From Bilabrum cf. latius (taxonomy: Eukaryota), in contig OZ237738.1 of assembly GCA_965178125.1 (NCBI GenBank), positions 372,001-436,000 of the forward strand: a DNA stretch of 64,000 bases, in the 5' to 3' direction. A program made the position numbers and the translations under genes. The notes under the pieces are model-generated. The model worked only from the letters and a program-made list of their open reading frames with translations, was not told the origin of the DNA and ran no database searches. Numbering within the stretch: position 1 is the stretch's first letter; the number at the start of each line of letters is the position of its first letter. Positions 63,370 to 64,000 of this stretch are shown in pieces.

Positions 63370-64000
63370 ATGGAAGCAAATAATAGTGCGTCCTCCAATT
63401 CTGTTCGTCAGTCCCTACAAATTGCTGAGCTATCCAAAAAGCAGGCTGAACTTGTTGCCAGGATACAGGCTCGGCAAAGCAAGGCTGCCAAGCAGCTTTG
63501 GGATCTGCAGGACTCTCGCAACTAGAAACAGCGAGTTGCTGTACACAAGTAGCAAGCCGATGCCGACATCCTTTTGCAACAAAGGAGACAGCTGGGGTAC
63601 TGGACCAGGATGACCGGTACCCGCTCGGACCCATTCCAGGAGTCCTTCAAGGACAATTGTCGCGAACTCAAAGTATGGCTGGCAGCCGTGCAGGAACTTC
63701 GAGGCGTTTTGGAATCCGACCCGGCGGCGAGCGAGTTGGAAATCGGTCGCGTGGATGGCGGCTTCGAGCGCAGCACTGTGGAATCTGCGCGCCGCCTGGC
63801 TTATCTCATGGCTGCATAGTCTCTCTCTCATCATTTGGAGGATGCAATAATTCAATGGAGGCACGAATTGGAATCATACCGCGAGCAGCACCGCCGTTTG
63901 TTTGCGCAGAAACGCCGGATGGAAGCCGTGCTCTCCTCGCTCGGAGCAGCTGCTCGCGTCAGCTTCGAGAAAGACCTGGAAGAACAGGAAGCCAGACTGC
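63370..64000 (+). CDS. Coiled-coil protein, runs off the window end
   Basis: Frame is open to 64000 through three TAGs (63523, ~63550, 63817); E/Q/K/R/L-rich helical sequence. Start could be 63253 or 63370. Confidence 0.6.

Noticed and set aside
1-64000. Genes with internal stops interpreted as pseudogenes
   Set aside because: Only TAG interrupts them, no frameshifts were seen, splice sites and catalytic motifs are intact, and normally essential genes are affected.
1-64000. C-to-T artefact or RIP-like CpA mutation as the source of the TAGs
   Set aside because: These would also turn CAA into TAA and CGA into TGA, and neither appears in frame over thousands of codons. Raw-read confirmation is still advisable.
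1-64000. Pyrrolysine insertion, or A-to-I editing of UAG to Trp
   Set aside because: TAGs align to Gln positions and sit in polyQ runs, not at Trp or catalytic positions.
1-64000. tRNA-Gln(CUA), rRNA, CRISPR arrays, transposases or viral/virophage genes
   Set aside because: None recognised by eye in this window. The only repeats seen are coding microsatellites and one 27-bp duplication.

Overview
Gene-dense, GC-rich eukaryotic nuclear DNA with short GT-AG introns (mostly about 87-140 nt). IFT20 points to a flagellated protist; a bicosoecid/Cafeteria-like stramenopile is only a guess from gene style. The main result is a non-standard nuclear genetic code: TAG is read as a sense codon, almost certainly Gln, while TAA and TGA remain stops. 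In-frame TAGs occupy conserved Gln positions in SMC5, IFT20, MMACHC and a GH26 enzyme, and they alternate with CAG/CAA inside a polyQ tract. With TAG=Gln, the fragmented ORF track resolves into about 20 genes. These include a secreted or surface protein of more than 7,000 aa (LamG, Calx-beta, pentraxin, cadherin and IPT domains; 28 in-frame TAGs), acid sphingomyelinase, STK19, COX23-like, a UBE3B/C-like HECT ligase, MMACHC, CEPT/EPT, mL49, IFT20, HSD17B7-like, a polyQ putative transcription factor, GH26, ERdj3-like DnaJ, SR-beta, SMC5 and bL32m. An oversized DnaJ intron contains a long nested hairpin. All family assignments come from motif recognition by eye, not from database searches.
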